Sequence record: NC_054929.1
Strand: one strand, 5' to 3'
DNA from: Escherichia phage PE37
DNA: 64,000 nucleotides
Part shown: positions 1 to 8,657 of the stretch, piece by piece
How the letters are laid out: each line of letters starts with the position of its first letter
How positions within the stretch are numbered: position 1 is the stretch's first letter
Notes under the pieces: model-generated
The model's input: only the letters and a program-made list of their open reading frames with translations
Databases searched by the model: none
What the model was told of the DNA's origin: nothing
Translations under genes and position numbers: made by a program

Positions 1-1
1 A

Positions 2-103
2 ATTTATCCTACGACAGAAATTTCTGTTCAAGGATATGGCATTCATGAACCTATTCGTTTAGTTGAATATGATTTATGTACTGGTGAGGAAGTCAAATAT
101 GAT
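2..103 (+). CDS. 3' end of an upstream ORF (partial, start outside window)
   Basis: Open frame from window edge to TGA at 101-103, overlapping next ATG (ATGA). Confidence 0.3.
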
Positions 104-365
104 TGAAGACATTAAGGGTTATAAGCCACATACTGAAGAGAAAATCGGTAAAGTGAATGCTATCAAAGATGCTGAAGTTCGTTTAGGACTTATCTTTGAC
201 GCTTTATATGATGAATTCTGGGAAGCACTAGATAATTGTGAAGACTGTGAATTCGCGAAGAATTATGCTGAAAGTCTCGATCAGTTAACTATTGCTAAAA
301 CGAAACTCAAAGAAGCCAGTATGTGGGCTTGTCGTGCTGTGTTCCAACCAGAGGAAAAATATTAA
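99..365 (+). CDS. hypothetical early protein (89 aa)
   Basis: Track ORF 63..365 trimmed to ATG 99 preceded by GGTGAGGAAG RBS. Confidence 0.55.
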   Translation: MIEDIKGYKPHTEEKIGKVNAIKDAEVRLGLIFDALYDEFWEALDNCEDCEFAKNYAESLDQLTIAKTKLKEASMWACRAVFQPEEKY

Positions 366-643
366 TGGCTCAATTAAGCGCAGGGTTTGGTTATGAGTAT
401 TATACTGCCCCTCGTCGTGCATCTGTTGCTCCTAAGAAAATTCAAAGTCTTGATGACTTCCAAGAAGTAGTCCGTAAAGCTTTTCAGGACTATGCACGTT
501 ATCTTAAAGAAGATTCACAGGACTGTCTCGAAGAAGATGAAATTGCTTACTATACGCAGCGTCTTGAACAGCTCAAAAATCTACATGAGGTTCGTGCAGA
601 AGTTTCAAAGTCTATGAATAAATTGATTAGATTTAAAGAATAA
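365..643 (+). CDS. hypothetical early protein (92 aa)
   Basis: Track ORF 323..643 trimmed to ATG 365 (TAATG overlap with upstream stop). Confidence 0.55.
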   Translation: MAQLSAGFGYEYYTAPRRASVAPKKIQSLDDFQEVVRKAFQDYARYLKEDSQDCLEEDEIAYYTQRLEQLKNLHEVRAEVSKSMNKLIRFKE

Positions 644-645
644 CT

Positions 646-675
646 GTTTACTTTTCCTCTTGACTGTGGTATAAT
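646..675 (+). promoter_or_regulatory. T4-type early promoter (GTTTAC -35, 18 bp spacer, TATAAT -10)
   Basis: gtttacttttcctcttgactgtggtataat upstream of regB RBS GAGGAG. Confidence 0.6.
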
Positions 676-702
676 TTTTCTATCAGTTAAGAGGAGAATA
701 AC

Positions 703-1164
703 ATGACTATCAATACAGAAGTTTTTATCCGTCGAAATAAGCTTCGTCGTCACTTTGAGTCGGAGTTTCGTCAAATTAACAATGAGATTCGTGAGGCATC
801 AAAAGCAGCAGGGGTCTCATCGTTTCATCTAAAATATTCTCAGCATCTTCTTGATCGTGCAATTCAACGGGAGATTGATGAGACATATGTTTTTGAATTA
901 TTCCACAAAATAAAAGACCATGTTTTAGAAGTTAATGAATTCCTGAGTATGCCTCCGCGTCCTGACATTGACGAGGATTTTATTGATGGGGTTGAATATC
1001 GTCCTGGGCGTTTGGAAATTACAGATGGAAATCTTTGGCTTGGATTTACAGTTTGTAAGCCTAATGAGAAGTTCAAAAACCCGTCACTTCAATGCAGGAT
1101 GGCAATTATCAACAGTCGTCGTTTACCAGGAAAGGCTTCTAAAGCAGTAATTAAAACTCAATGA
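703..1164 (+). CDS. regB: RegB site-specific endoribonuclease
   Basis: 153 aa, matches recalled T4 RegB sequence/length; position upstream of tk cluster. Confidence 0.85.
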   Translation: MTINTEVFIRRNKLRRHFESEFRQINNEIREASKAAGVSSFHLKYSQHLLDRAIQREIDETYVFELFHKIKDHVLEVNEFLSMPPRPDIDEDFIDGVEYRPGRLEITDGNLWLGFTVCKPNEKFKNPSLQCRMAIINSRRLPGKASKAVIKTQ

Positions 1165-1171
1165 GGTAAGC

Positions 1172-1717
1172 ATGAGAAAAGCACTACTCGCTGGTCTATT
1201 GGCCATTTCAATGATGGCACATAGCTCCGAGCATACTTTCAGTAATGTCCAACTCGATAACATGCGTTACGCGTATCAATTCGGGGAACAATTTTCTAAG
1301 GATGGAAAATATAAAACACACAAAAATATCCACAAGAGCGGATTAGGTCATATAATGGCTGCTATTTTATGGCAAGAAAGCTCTGGCGGAGTTAATTTAA
1401 AATCTAAACCAAAGCATCACGCCTACGGAATGTTCCAAAATTATTTGCCTACTATGCGAGCAAGAGTTAAGGAACTTGGTTATAATATGACCGATGCTGA
1501 AATAAAAAGAATGTTGAATAAACGGTCCAATTCAGCTTCCTGGGCGTACATTGAACTTTCTTATTGGTTAAATATACATAAGGGCGATATAAGAAAAGCA
1601 ATATCCTCTTATAATTCGGGATGGAATGTTAAAGCAGGTTCTAAATATGCTTCTGAAGTCCTAGAAAAGGCTAATTACCTTAAAAATAATAAACTTTTGG
1701 AAATAGTAAATGACTAA
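1172..1717 (+). CDS. hypothetical secreted protein (181 aa), N-terminal signal peptide
   Basis: Track ORF; hydrophobic N-terminus MRKALLAGLLAISMMAHS. Confidence 0.6.
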   Translation: MRKALLAGLLAISMMAHSSEHTFSNVQLDNMRYAYQFGEQFSKDGKYKTHKNIHKSGLGHIMAAILWQESSGGVNLKSKPKHHAYGMFQNYLPTMRARVKELGYNMTDAEIKRMLNKRSNSASWAYIELSYWLNIHKGDIRKAISSYNSGWNVKAGSKYASEVLEKANYLKNNKLLEIVND

Positions 1718-2051
1718 AATTTTGGTTTTATGTATAGGATTAATTTCATTTTCTGCGTTAGCAAATACATCATATACTGAAATTAGAGAGTATGTAAACC
1801 GTACTGCCGCGGATTATTGCGGGAAAAATAAAGCATGCCAAGCTGAATTTGCGCAGAAATTAATATATGCATATAAAGACGGAGAAAGAGATAAATCAAG
1901 CAGATACAAAAATGATACATTGTTAAAACGATATGCTAAAAAGTGGAATACCTTAGAATGTTCAGTTGCGGAGGAGAAAGATAAAGCCGCTTGTCATTCA
2001 ATGGTTGACCGTTTAGTAGATTCTTATAATCGAGGATTGAGTACTAGATGA
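1710..2051 (+). CDS. hypothetical secreted protein (113 aa), Cys-containing
   Basis: Track ORF; signal-peptide-like N-terminus; start overlaps upstream stop. Confidence 0.55.
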   Translation: MTKILVLCIGLISFSALANTSYTEIREYVNRTAADYCGKNKACQAEFAQKLIYAYKDGERDKSSRYKNDTLLKRYAKKWNTLECSVAEEKDKAACHSMVDRLVDSYNRGLSTR

Positions 2052-2527
2052 TTGTAAAATATATCAAGGGCGATATTGTCGCCCTATTTCTTCAAGGTAA
2101 TATTATTGCGCACGGGTGCAATTGTTTTCATACTATGGGTTCAGGTGTAGCGGGTCAATTAGCAAGAGCCTATCCTAAAATTTTAGAAATAGATAAAACC
2201 ACTACTGAGTACGGTTCTCGTGATAAATTAGGCGATATGTCTATTGTTTTTAAACATAATCCTACGGGATTTGGTATATGCTATAACCTGTATACGCAAT
2301 ACGAACCGGGTCCTAATCTTGATTATGGTGCTTTAGTAAACTGCATGATAGAATTAAATCTACAGGCAGAAACCCTTTTGTTTAAACCAGTAATTTACAT
2401 TCCACGCATAGGTTGTGGTATTGCTGGCGGTGATTGGGATAAGGTTTCTAAATTAATCGACATGTTTACTCCTGATATTGATTTAATAGTGGTGGATTAT
2501 GAAAGTACATTACCCGCATCCGTTTGA
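2048..2527 (+). CDS. macro-domain protein (ADP-ribose binding / possible ADP-ribosyl hydrolase)
   Basis: Macro-domain-like Gly-rich motifs (HGCNCFHTMGSGVAGQ; IPRIGCGIAGGDW); 159 aa; ATGA overlap. Confidence 0.6.
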   Translation: MIVKYIKGDIVALFLQGNIIAHGCNCFHTMGSGVAGQLARAYPKILEIDKTTTEYGSRDKLGDMSIVFKHNPTGFGICYNLYTQYEPGPNLDYGALVNCMIELNLQAETLLFKPVIYIPRIGCGIAGGDWDKVSKLIDMFTPDIDLIVVDYESTLPASV

Positions 2528-2711
2528 TCCTAAAAACAAAGTGGAAATTATTCGTCAATGGGAACGCATTTGCCGTACTAAATGCCCAATTAATAGTCCA
2601 CATGATGTAGATAAAGACTATATTGGAACATTCGTTGAATATACCTTTATTGATAGGAAAGGTCGTAAACAACATGTAGAAGAATATTGCTTAAAGGTTA
2701 CATGGTTATGA
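2499..2711 (+). CDS. hypothetical protein (70 aa)
   Basis: Track ORF, overlaps macro gene 3' end by 29 nt. Confidence 0.4.
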   Translation: MKVHYPHPFDPKNKVEIIRQWERICRTKCPINSPHDVDKDYIGTFVEYTFIDRKGRKQHVEEYCLKVTWL

Positions 2712-2914
2712 GCCAAACTAGTATTCTTAAAAATGCTCATTGTGAAAAGTGTGAATGGCCAGTTGTTTTTGCTTTATGTAATGATGAAATGGCTTGTGAT
2801 TTCGATTATTGGTGCTATTGTTCCAATAAAGGATGCATCAATCATAAAGGTGAAGGATTTTATTCAGGATTTTATCCTTATCCTGATTTCGTTAAAGAAG
2901 GTAAACCGAAATGA
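2708..2914 (+). CDS. Cys-rich small protein (68 aa), possible zinc-binding
   Basis: Track ORF 2687..2914 trimmed to ATG 2708 (ATGA overlap); 9 Cys in 68 aa. Confidence 0.5.
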   Translation: MSQTSILKNAHCEKCEWPVVFALCNDEMACDFDYWCYCSNKGCINHKGEGFYSGFYPYPDFVKEGKPK

Positions 2915-3084
2915 ATAGTTTTGAGTTACAATATGAAGTGTTACGTGAGCTTGATAATTTAATTGAACTCGCTGCTAATAAAGGTTTTGCCATTGGAATC
3001 GGTCAAAAAGATACTGACCATTTAACTACGGAAATATTTAAGCAAAAGCGAATTATTTTAAAACTCCTGGAAATTAATATATGA
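2911..3084 (+). CDS. hypothetical small protein (57 aa)
   Basis: Hand-called ORF, ATGA overlaps on both sides; below track size cut-off. Confidence 0.4.
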   Translation: MNSFELQYEVLRELDNLIELAANKGFAIGIGQKDTDHLTTEIFKQKRIILKLLEINI

Positions 3085-3266
3085 GTCTGAGTAAAGAACA
3101 AAAAGATAAATTGTTTGAGCTTATCCATGAACTTCTAGATGAGCATGCAGAAGCAAACACCTTTTATGATGAATACGGCCCGCTATCTCCCGAACAACAA
3201 GAAGAATTTGCTGACCGGTTTGATAAGAAAGAAAACGAATTAATAGCTTATGTGAATACGCTTTAA
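3081..3266 (+). CDS. hypothetical acidic small protein (61 aa)
   Basis: Track ORF immediately upstream of tk. Confidence 0.5.
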   Translation: MSLSKEQKDKLFELIHELLDEHAEANTFYDEYGPLSPEQQEEFADRFDKKENELIAYVNTL

Positions 3267-3275
3267 GAAGGTGAT

Positions 3276-3857
3276 ATGGCGAGTTTAATTTTTACTTATG
3301 CAGCAATGAATGCTGGAAAATCTGCTTCTCTTTTGACTGCTGCACATAATTATAAAGAACGTGGAATGAGTGTATTAGTTCTTAAGCCTGCTATTGATAC
3401 TCGCGATTCTGTCTGTGAAGTTGTTTCTCGCATTGGAATTAAACAGGAAGCGAATATTATTACAGATGATATGGATATTTTCGAGTTCTATAAATGGGCT
3501 GAAGCACAAAAAGATATTCATTGTGTATTTGTAGATGAAGCTCAGTTTTTAAAAACTGAACAAGTGCATCAATTGAGCCGAATTGTTGATACATATAATG
3601 TTCCTGTTATGGCTTATGGATTAAGGACTGATTTCGCTGGAAAATTGTTTGAAGGTTCTAAAGAACTTTTAGCGATTGCAGATAAACTTATTGAACTAAA
3701 GGCAGTTTGTCATTGCGGCAAAAAAGCGATTATGACAGCTCGATTAATGGAAGATGGAACACCAGTTAAAGAAGGTAATCAAATCTGTATTGGTGATGAA
3801 ATTTATGTTTCTTTGTGCAGAAAACATTGGAATGAATTAACTAAAAAGCTCGGTTAG
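3276..3857 (+). CDS. tk: thymidine kinase
   Basis: 193 aa, P-loop NAGKSASL, near-identical to recalled T4 Tk. Confidence 0.95.
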   Translation: MASLIFTYAAMNAGKSASLLTAAHNYKERGMSVLVLKPAIDTRDSVCEVVSRIGIKQEANIITDDMDIFEFYKWAEAQKDIHCVFVDEAQFLKTEQVHQLSRIVDTYNVPVMAYGLRTDFAGKLFEGSKELLAIADKLIELKAVCHCGKKAIMTARLMEDGTPVKEGNQICIGDEIYVSLCRKHWNELTKKLG

Positions 3858-3899
3858 TGCAAAAGTTATAAATAGGTTTATCTAACTAAAGGGGTATAT

Positions 3900-4112
3900 A
3901 TGCTACAATTAACTGAAAAGCAACTTCGCAATCTTACTGTTCTTCAATTAGATGAAATTCGTAGGGAAGTTGGAAATATCATTTCAGCTTTGCGTCGAGA
4001 AGTATCACTCAACCAATCTCCGGCAGACTATACTAGATTGCGAAATTTTGAAAAATACCTTGATAAAGTTAAGGCCGTGCATCGGCATAAAGTAAATACA
4101 GGACAAAAATGA
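3900..4112 (+). CDS. hypothetical protein (70 aa), rI.1-like by position
   Basis: Track ORF with RBS GGGG upstream. Confidence 0.5.
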
Positions 4113-4124
4113 TAGGAGGCCTTT

Positions 4125-4418
4125 ATGGCCTTAAAAGCAACGGCACTATTTGCCATGCTAGGATTAGCGTTTGCTTTATCTCCACCGATTGAAGCGAATG
4201 TCGATCCTCATTTTGATAAATTTATGGAATCTGGCATTAGACATGTTTATATGCTTTTTGAAAATAAAAGCGTAGAATCATCTGAACAGTTCTATAGTTT
4301 TATGCGAACGACCTATAAAAATGACCCGTGCTCTTCCGATTTTGAATGTATAGAGCGAGGCGCGGAGATGGCACAATCATACGCTAGAATTATGAACATT
4401 AAATTGGAGACTGAATGA
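4125..4418 (+). CDS. rI: RI lysis-inhibition regulator (antiholin), periplasmic
   Basis: 97 aa with signal-anchor; near-identical to recalled T4 RI. Confidence 0.85.
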   Translation: MALKATALFAMLGLAFALSPPIEANVDPHFDKFMESGIRHVYMLFENKSVESSEQFYSFMRTTYKNDPCSSDFECIERGAEMAQSYARIMNIKLETE

Positions 4419-4801
4419 AATTCAGCGACTTTTCACAAAGTGGAAAACCTTCAAAGGCAGATGAATACTTAGGTTTATTAATGGCTGCACAAGCTTATTT
4501 TCATTCTGCACATTTTGAAACTAAAAGTTATGCTAGACACAAAGCATACGATTTTATTTTCTCCGAGTTGCCAGATTTGATTGATAAATTTGGTGAGCAA
4601 TATTTGGGGTATTCTGGTAGAAAATACACACCTTCAATTCCAGATGCCAGTAAACTTCCTACCGACACAATTAAAATGATTGATCGCATACTAGACCAAT
4701 CTAACAGCATTTATAAAGAAATGCCTCCAGCCATCCAAAGCACGATAGATGATATTACTGGAATGTTTTACCAGAGTAAATATCTTCTTTCCCTCGAATA
4801 A
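4415..4801 (+). CDS. hypothetical protein (128 aa), rI.-1-like by position
   Basis: Track ORF, ATGA overlap with rI. Confidence 0.55.
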
Positions 4802-4805
4802 CATT

Positions 4806-4829
4806 AGTCTCCTTCGGGAGACTTTTTTC
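4806..4829 (+). terminator. intrinsic terminator (UUCG-loop hairpin + T-run)
   Basis: agtctcc-ttcg-ggagact followed by tttttt. Confidence 0.65.
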
Positions 4830-4838
4830 ATTTTACCG

Positions 4839-4868
4839 GTTTACTTTCCATTTGAGCTGTGATACTAT
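4839..4868 (+). promoter_or_regulatory. T4-type early promoter
   Basis: gtttactttccatttgagctgtgatactat; follows terminator (PeSL-like arrangement). Confidence 0.55.
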
Positions 4869-4896
4869 ACAACTATCGGATAAAGAGGAGAACATC

Positions 4897-5085
4897 ATGA
4901 AAATTGAAGCACTTAATCAAGAAGGAAATATCTACGTCATTATTAATGGTGATTTTTTCGTCGACATGGATGAAGTTACTAGTGAAGAACTTGTAGAACT
5001 TCTTAAGAAACGTTATAATATGTGTGATGAAGTTGCAACTCACATGGCGTGTGCAATATTCTCTCTTTCATATGTGGTGGAATAA
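4897..5085 (+). CDS. hypothetical small protein (62 aa)
   Basis: Track ORF 4852..5085 trimmed to ATG 4897 with AGAGGAG RBS. Confidence 0.5.
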
Positions 5086-5288
5086 TGATTAGTATTGAAC
5101 AAGCAGATAAAATTAAGGAATTAGTGGCTTCAATTCGTAAAGCAGATGAAGAGCTGATTGACTTTGATTGGTATTCATCGGGTATTTCTAATAAAGGCAT
5201 TAAAGACTTTGAAACTAAAGTGGATAATGCTATAGAAGCGTTAGATATGTTTCTTGATGAAATTATCGATCATAATACAAGAGTGTAA
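5085..5288 (+). CDS. hypothetical acidic small protein (67 aa)
   Basis: Track ORF 5049..5288 trimmed to ATG 5085 (ATGA overlap). Confidence 0.5.
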   Translation: MISIEQADKIKELVASIRKADEELIDFDWYSSGISNKGIKDFETKVDNAIEALDMFLDEIIDHNTRV

Positions 5289-5290
5289 GT

Positions 5291-5485
5291 ATGCTAACAC
5301 GCGAACAGTTTGAAAAAATCATTAAATTAGCACGTGATATTGAAATAGATTCATATCAATTAGCAGTTGAGCATTGTGAAGGATATTCATACGACGGTAT
5401 AGAAGCAGCTAAAAAGGATTTGGATAAATCTAAAGCTAAGCTAGTTCAATATCTTGAAATGATTAGGTGGAATAATGAAAACTGA
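5291..5485 (+). CDS. hypothetical small protein (64 aa)
   Basis: Track ORF. Confidence 0.5.
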   Translation: MLTREQFEKIIKLARDIEIDSYQLAVEHCEGYSYDGIEAAKKDLDKSKAKLVQYLEMIRWNNEN

Positions 5486-5648
5486 AAAGCAGATGTTTTT
5501 AATGAAACTAATTGAAGAATATGCTAATGCAGTTTCTGACTATGAATGTTCTTCTCGGGAAAGAGGTACAGCTTTCGCCAAAGAAGAAATGAAAATCATG
5601 GTTGATGCTCACACAAAGCTTCAGAATTTTATTGAAAACGTCATTTAA
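5475..5648 (+). CDS. hypothetical small protein (57 aa)
   Basis: Hand-called ORF, start overlaps upstream gene. Confidence 0.4.
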   Translation: MKTEKQMFLMKLIEEYANAVSDYECSSRERGTAFAKEEMKIMVDAHTKLQNFIENVI

Positions 5649-5650
5649 TG

Positions 5651-5680
5651 GTTTACAAGTTGGCAAGGTTATGGTATAGT
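5651..5680 (+). promoter_or_regulatory. T4-type early promoter
   Basis: gtttacaagttggcaaggttatggtatagt. Confidence 0.55.
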
Positions 5681-5708
5681 AATCTTGTCAACTGCCAAGG
5701 AGAAGAGA

Positions 5709-5813
5709 ATGAAAGTTTTGTTTGTTATATATGTGATGATTCAATATAATTACCCAATGTTTACTTATAATTTGGTGAATAACATTATTGATATTATTCA
5801 AAGGAGTATGTAA
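5709..5813 (+). CDS. possible small hydrophobic peptide (34 aa)
   Basis: AAGGAG RBS then ATG; very hydrophobic; weak support. Confidence 0.25.
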   Translation: MKVLFVIYVMIQYNYPMFTYNLVNNIIDIIQRSM

Positions 5814-5998
5814 TGACAAGTGAGCAGGCTTTTAAATTAAGAGAATTAATTGAGACGTATAGTAGAGCTGTTCATACATCAACAATTATTGATGAATCAG
5901 CTTTCTCCGGACATGCTAACAAGATTAAATACAAAACTCTTATGGAAGAAGCTAAAGTAAATCTTGATTGTTATATTGAAACTTTAATTGGTAAATAA
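5813..5998 (+). CDS. hypothetical small protein (61 aa)
   Basis: Track ORF with AGGAG RBS. Confidence 0.5.
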   Translation: MTSEQAFKLRELIETYSRAVHTSTIIDESAFSGHANKIKYKTLMEEAKVNLDCYIETLIGK

Positions 5999-5999
5999 T

Positions 6000-6542
6000 A
6001 TGAAAGCTGTAATTGAAACAACTGATTTGTTCGGTAATCTAGTTATCGAAAAACGCGGTAATGTATATGTTCTGACGCAGGAAGACGATAGTATTATTAT
6101 TCTTCCTATGGAACTGGCTGCGATTTTATCTTATGCTCCCTCAAGAGTTACCGGTGTAACTAATATTACAGACGACCTCCAAGTTCGTTTTTATCGTGGC
6201 CTTTACGGCGGTAATATTGAAACTGAATTTATGTGTCTTTCTATCAACAATTGGGCAACATTCGTTGCCAAGGTGAAAGAATTCTTGGAATCTGAAACAG
6301 TCGAAACACCCGAAAAGGCTAAACTTCAATGGGCTAAAGATCGCGGTGCTAGCATTATTAATCCAGTAGCTGCAAATTATACTACGACTTTGGATGTCAA
6401 GACTTCTTATGAAGATGGCGATGTCGTACTTGTTCGCCAAATTGATGATTCTCGAGCACATATTGTCACATTTACCAAAGATGAAGCTATTGCACTAAAG
6501 ACTTATCTTGATTCTGTCATTCCAACTATGATTTCAAAGTGA
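6000..6542 (+). CDS. hypothetical protein (180 aa), paralog of the next ORF
   Basis: Track ORF 5988..6542 trimmed to ATG 6000; C-terminus resembles that of 6549..7070. Confidence 0.6.
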   Translation: MKAVIETTDLFGNLVIEKRGNVYVLTQEDDSIIILPMELAAILSYAPSRVTGVTNITDDLQVRFYRGLYGGNIETEFMCLSINNWATFVAKVKEFLESETVETPEKAKLQWAKDRGASIINPVAANYTTTLDVKTSYEDGDVVLVRQIDDSRAHIVTFTKDEAIALKTYLDSVIPTMISK

Positions 6543-6548
6543 GGAAAT

Positions 6549-7070
6549 ATGTTTATTTCAAGTGGAAGTGGTTTAATTCGTGTTGAATTTAAAAATGACA
6601 TCTTTCTTATTCAAGGAGATGATATTATTAAAATGAGTTATGACGAAATCAAGAAAATTTGTCATGCTCTTGAAAGTCATGGAAAAGTGAACGCTGTTAT
6701 TGATATTGGCGATTTATGGGTGACACTTTATGAAGTATCCGAAGGATTTAACATTGAAGATGAAAATAACATTTTAGCTATTGATAAAAGAACTGATTTG
6801 TTTGATGTATTAAAAGTTTATGAACAGTCAAATGGCGGAAGAAAAGCTGTATTGATTTATCAAAAACCGCATTCATGTGGAACTGCTTCAATCATTTCAA
6901 ATATTGAAGGCGAAGTTGATACTTATATGTGTGTTTTAAAAGCTGGTGGTGACCGTCATCCGGATTTTATTTCTATTCGTCAAAACAATGGAGAAATTTC
7001 ATTGTCAAAATCAGAAGCTGAAGCTATGATTAAGTATTTAACAACCGTTACGCCTTCAATGAAAGGATAG
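6549..7070 (+). CDS. hypothetical protein (173 aa), paralog of the previous ORF
   Basis: Track ORF; shared C-terminal motif E-A-x-A-x-x-K-Y-L-x-x-V-x-P-x-M. Confidence 0.6.
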   Translation: MFISSGSGLIRVEFKNDIFLIQGDDIIKMSYDEIKKICHALESHGKVNAVIDIGDLWVTLYEVSEGFNIEDENNILAIDKRTDLFDVLKVYEQSNGGRKAVLIYQKPHSCGTASIISNIEGEVDTYMCVLKAGGDRHPDFISIRQNNGEISLSKSEAEAMIKYLTTVTPSMKG

Positions 7071-7072
7071 TT

Positions 7073-7534
7073 ATGATTATTAATGAAAACTCTTGGCACT
7101 ATAAATTATTCAAATTGTTTAACGATGAATGGCAACGACCTAAGACACTATGTGCATACTTTTGGTCTATTGTTATCCCTACATTTTTCGTTTCTTTTTT
7201 CGGATGCACTATACTCGCAGGTCTAACTATCATCTGTGCAGAAATCATACAGAAATGGCTTATTTTTGGTAGTTTATGGACTCTTATTCCATCAGCATTT
7301 ATACTTGCTATTTTGCTTGTTTTACTTATTATCGGTTCATTTGTTATTCCTGTACATTTGCATGAAAAATATAAAGATTATAAATGGAAAAAGGATTATG
7401 CTTTACACGTAGAAAATATTGATAGAGCGTATAAAGGTTTACCTCCTATTCAACCCAAGAAATCTATTATCGTCGAATTTTTAAAAGCGCGTAAAGCTAA
7501 AGTATGTCCTGTTATTGAATATAAGGCTGAATGA
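7073..7534 (+). CDS. predicted membrane protein (153 aa, 2-3 TM helices)
   Basis: Track ORF; long hydrophobic stretches. Confidence 0.6.
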   Translation: MIINENSWHYKLFKLFNDEWQRPKTLCAYFWSIVIPTFFVSFFGCTILAGLTIICAEIIQKWLIFGSLWTLIPSAFILAILLVLLIIGSFVIPVHLHEKYKDYKWKKDYALHVENIDRAYKGLPPIQPKKSIIVEFLKARKAKVCPVIEYKAE

Positions 7535-8544
7535 TGAAAACAGTAATGAAAAGTTATTTTGGTAGTCATCTTTATGGAACTTCTACCCCAGAATCTGATG
7601 TAGATTTTAAAGAAATCTTTGTTCCTCCTGCTCGCGATATTCTTATTGGAAATGTCAAAGAGCATATGAGTAAAAACACTAACAACACATCATCTAAAAA
7701 CACTAAAGATGATATTGACCATGAACTATACAGTCTTAAGTATTTCTTTAAATTAGCAGCAGATGGTGAAACTGTAGCGTTAGATATGCTTCACACTCCG
7801 CCTGAACTAGTGGTTAAATCTGATTTGCCTGATGTATGGAAGTTTATTCAAGACAATCGTTCTCGTTTTTATACGACTAACATGAAATCCTACTTAGGAT
7901 ATGTTCGCAAGCAAGCTTCTAAATACGGTGTTAAGGGTTCTCGTTTGGCTGCATTACGTGATGTATTGAAAGTAGTTAATCAAATCCCCGATCAGTGGGT
8001 TGATTACCGAGAAGATGGAACACAAGGACAACGTCGCACTAAAGTTGAAGATATTAAGCATCGTCTTCCAGAAAACGAATTCTGTGAATGGGTGTTCCAT
8101 AATCATGAGAAAACAGGTCCACAAACGTTCTACACTGTATTGGGTCGTAAATATCAGACAACGCTTTCTCTTATTGAGCTTAAGCAGTCTTTGAATAAAC
8201 TTGATGCTGAATATGGTGAACGCGCTCGTAAGGCTGAAGCCAATGAAGGTATTGACTGGAAAGCTCTGAGCCATGCTTGTCGTGGTGGACTCCAACTATT
8301 GGAAATTTACAAAACTGGCGACTTAGTTTATCCACTCCAAGATGCTCCATTTATTCTCGACGTGAAGCTGGGTAAACATCCATTTAAAACTGTTCAAGAG
8401 TTTTTGGAAGATGTGGTCGATCAAGTAGAAGCAGCATCTACTGAAGCTTCTAAGAATGGTATGCCTAAAACAGTAGATATGAGCTTTTGGAATAATTTCC
8501 TCGAACAGGTTTATCTTGAAAACCACCGAAGTTATTATAAATGA
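7531..8544 (+). CDS. Pol-beta-superfamily nucleotidyltransferase-like protein (337 aa)
   Basis: N-terminal GS-x9-SDVD nucleotidyltransferase motif; ATGA overlap with upstream ORF. Confidence 0.6.
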   Translation: MMKTVMKSYFGSHLYGTSTPESDVDFKEIFVPPARDILIGNVKEHMSKNTNNTSSKNTKDDIDHELYSLKYFFKLAADGETVALDMLHTPPELVVKSDLPDVWKFIQDNRSRFYTTNMKSYLGYVRKQASKYGVKGSRLAALRDVLKVVNQIPDQWVDYREDGTQGQRRTKVEDIKHRLPENEFCEWVFHNHEKTGPQTFYTVLGRKYQTTLSLIELKQSLNKLDAEYGERARKAEANEGIDWKALSHACRGGLQLLEIYKTGDLVYPLQDAPFILDVKLGKHPFKTVQEFLEDVVDQVEAASTEASKNGMPKTVDMSFWNNFLEQVYLENHRSYYK

Positions 8545-8546
8545 TA

Positions 8547-8570
8547 GGGAGCCTTCGGGCTCCCTTTTTA
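8547..8570 (+). terminator. intrinsic terminator (UUCG-loop hairpin + T-run)
   Basis: gggagcc-ttcg-ggctccc followed by ttttta. Confidence 0.65.
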
Positions 8571-8593
8571 TTTCAAAAATTTTTCACAAAGTT

Positions 8594-8623
8594 GTTTACA
8601 AGCATAAAGCTTTATGGTACTAT
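8594..8623 (+). promoter_or_regulatory. T4-type early promoter with conserved leader
   Basis: gtttacaagcataaagctttatggtactat, then conserved leader acaactatcaactgatacggatttggagaataaaATG. Confidence 0.6.
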
Positions 8624-8657
8624 ACAACTATCAACTGATACGGATTTGGAGAATAAA

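Noticed and set aside
5656-5700. Possible hairpin around the promoter at 5651 (caagttggcaagg versus cttgtcaactgccaagg)
   Set aside because: The two arms are partial direct, not inverted, matches; no convincing stem can be drawn.
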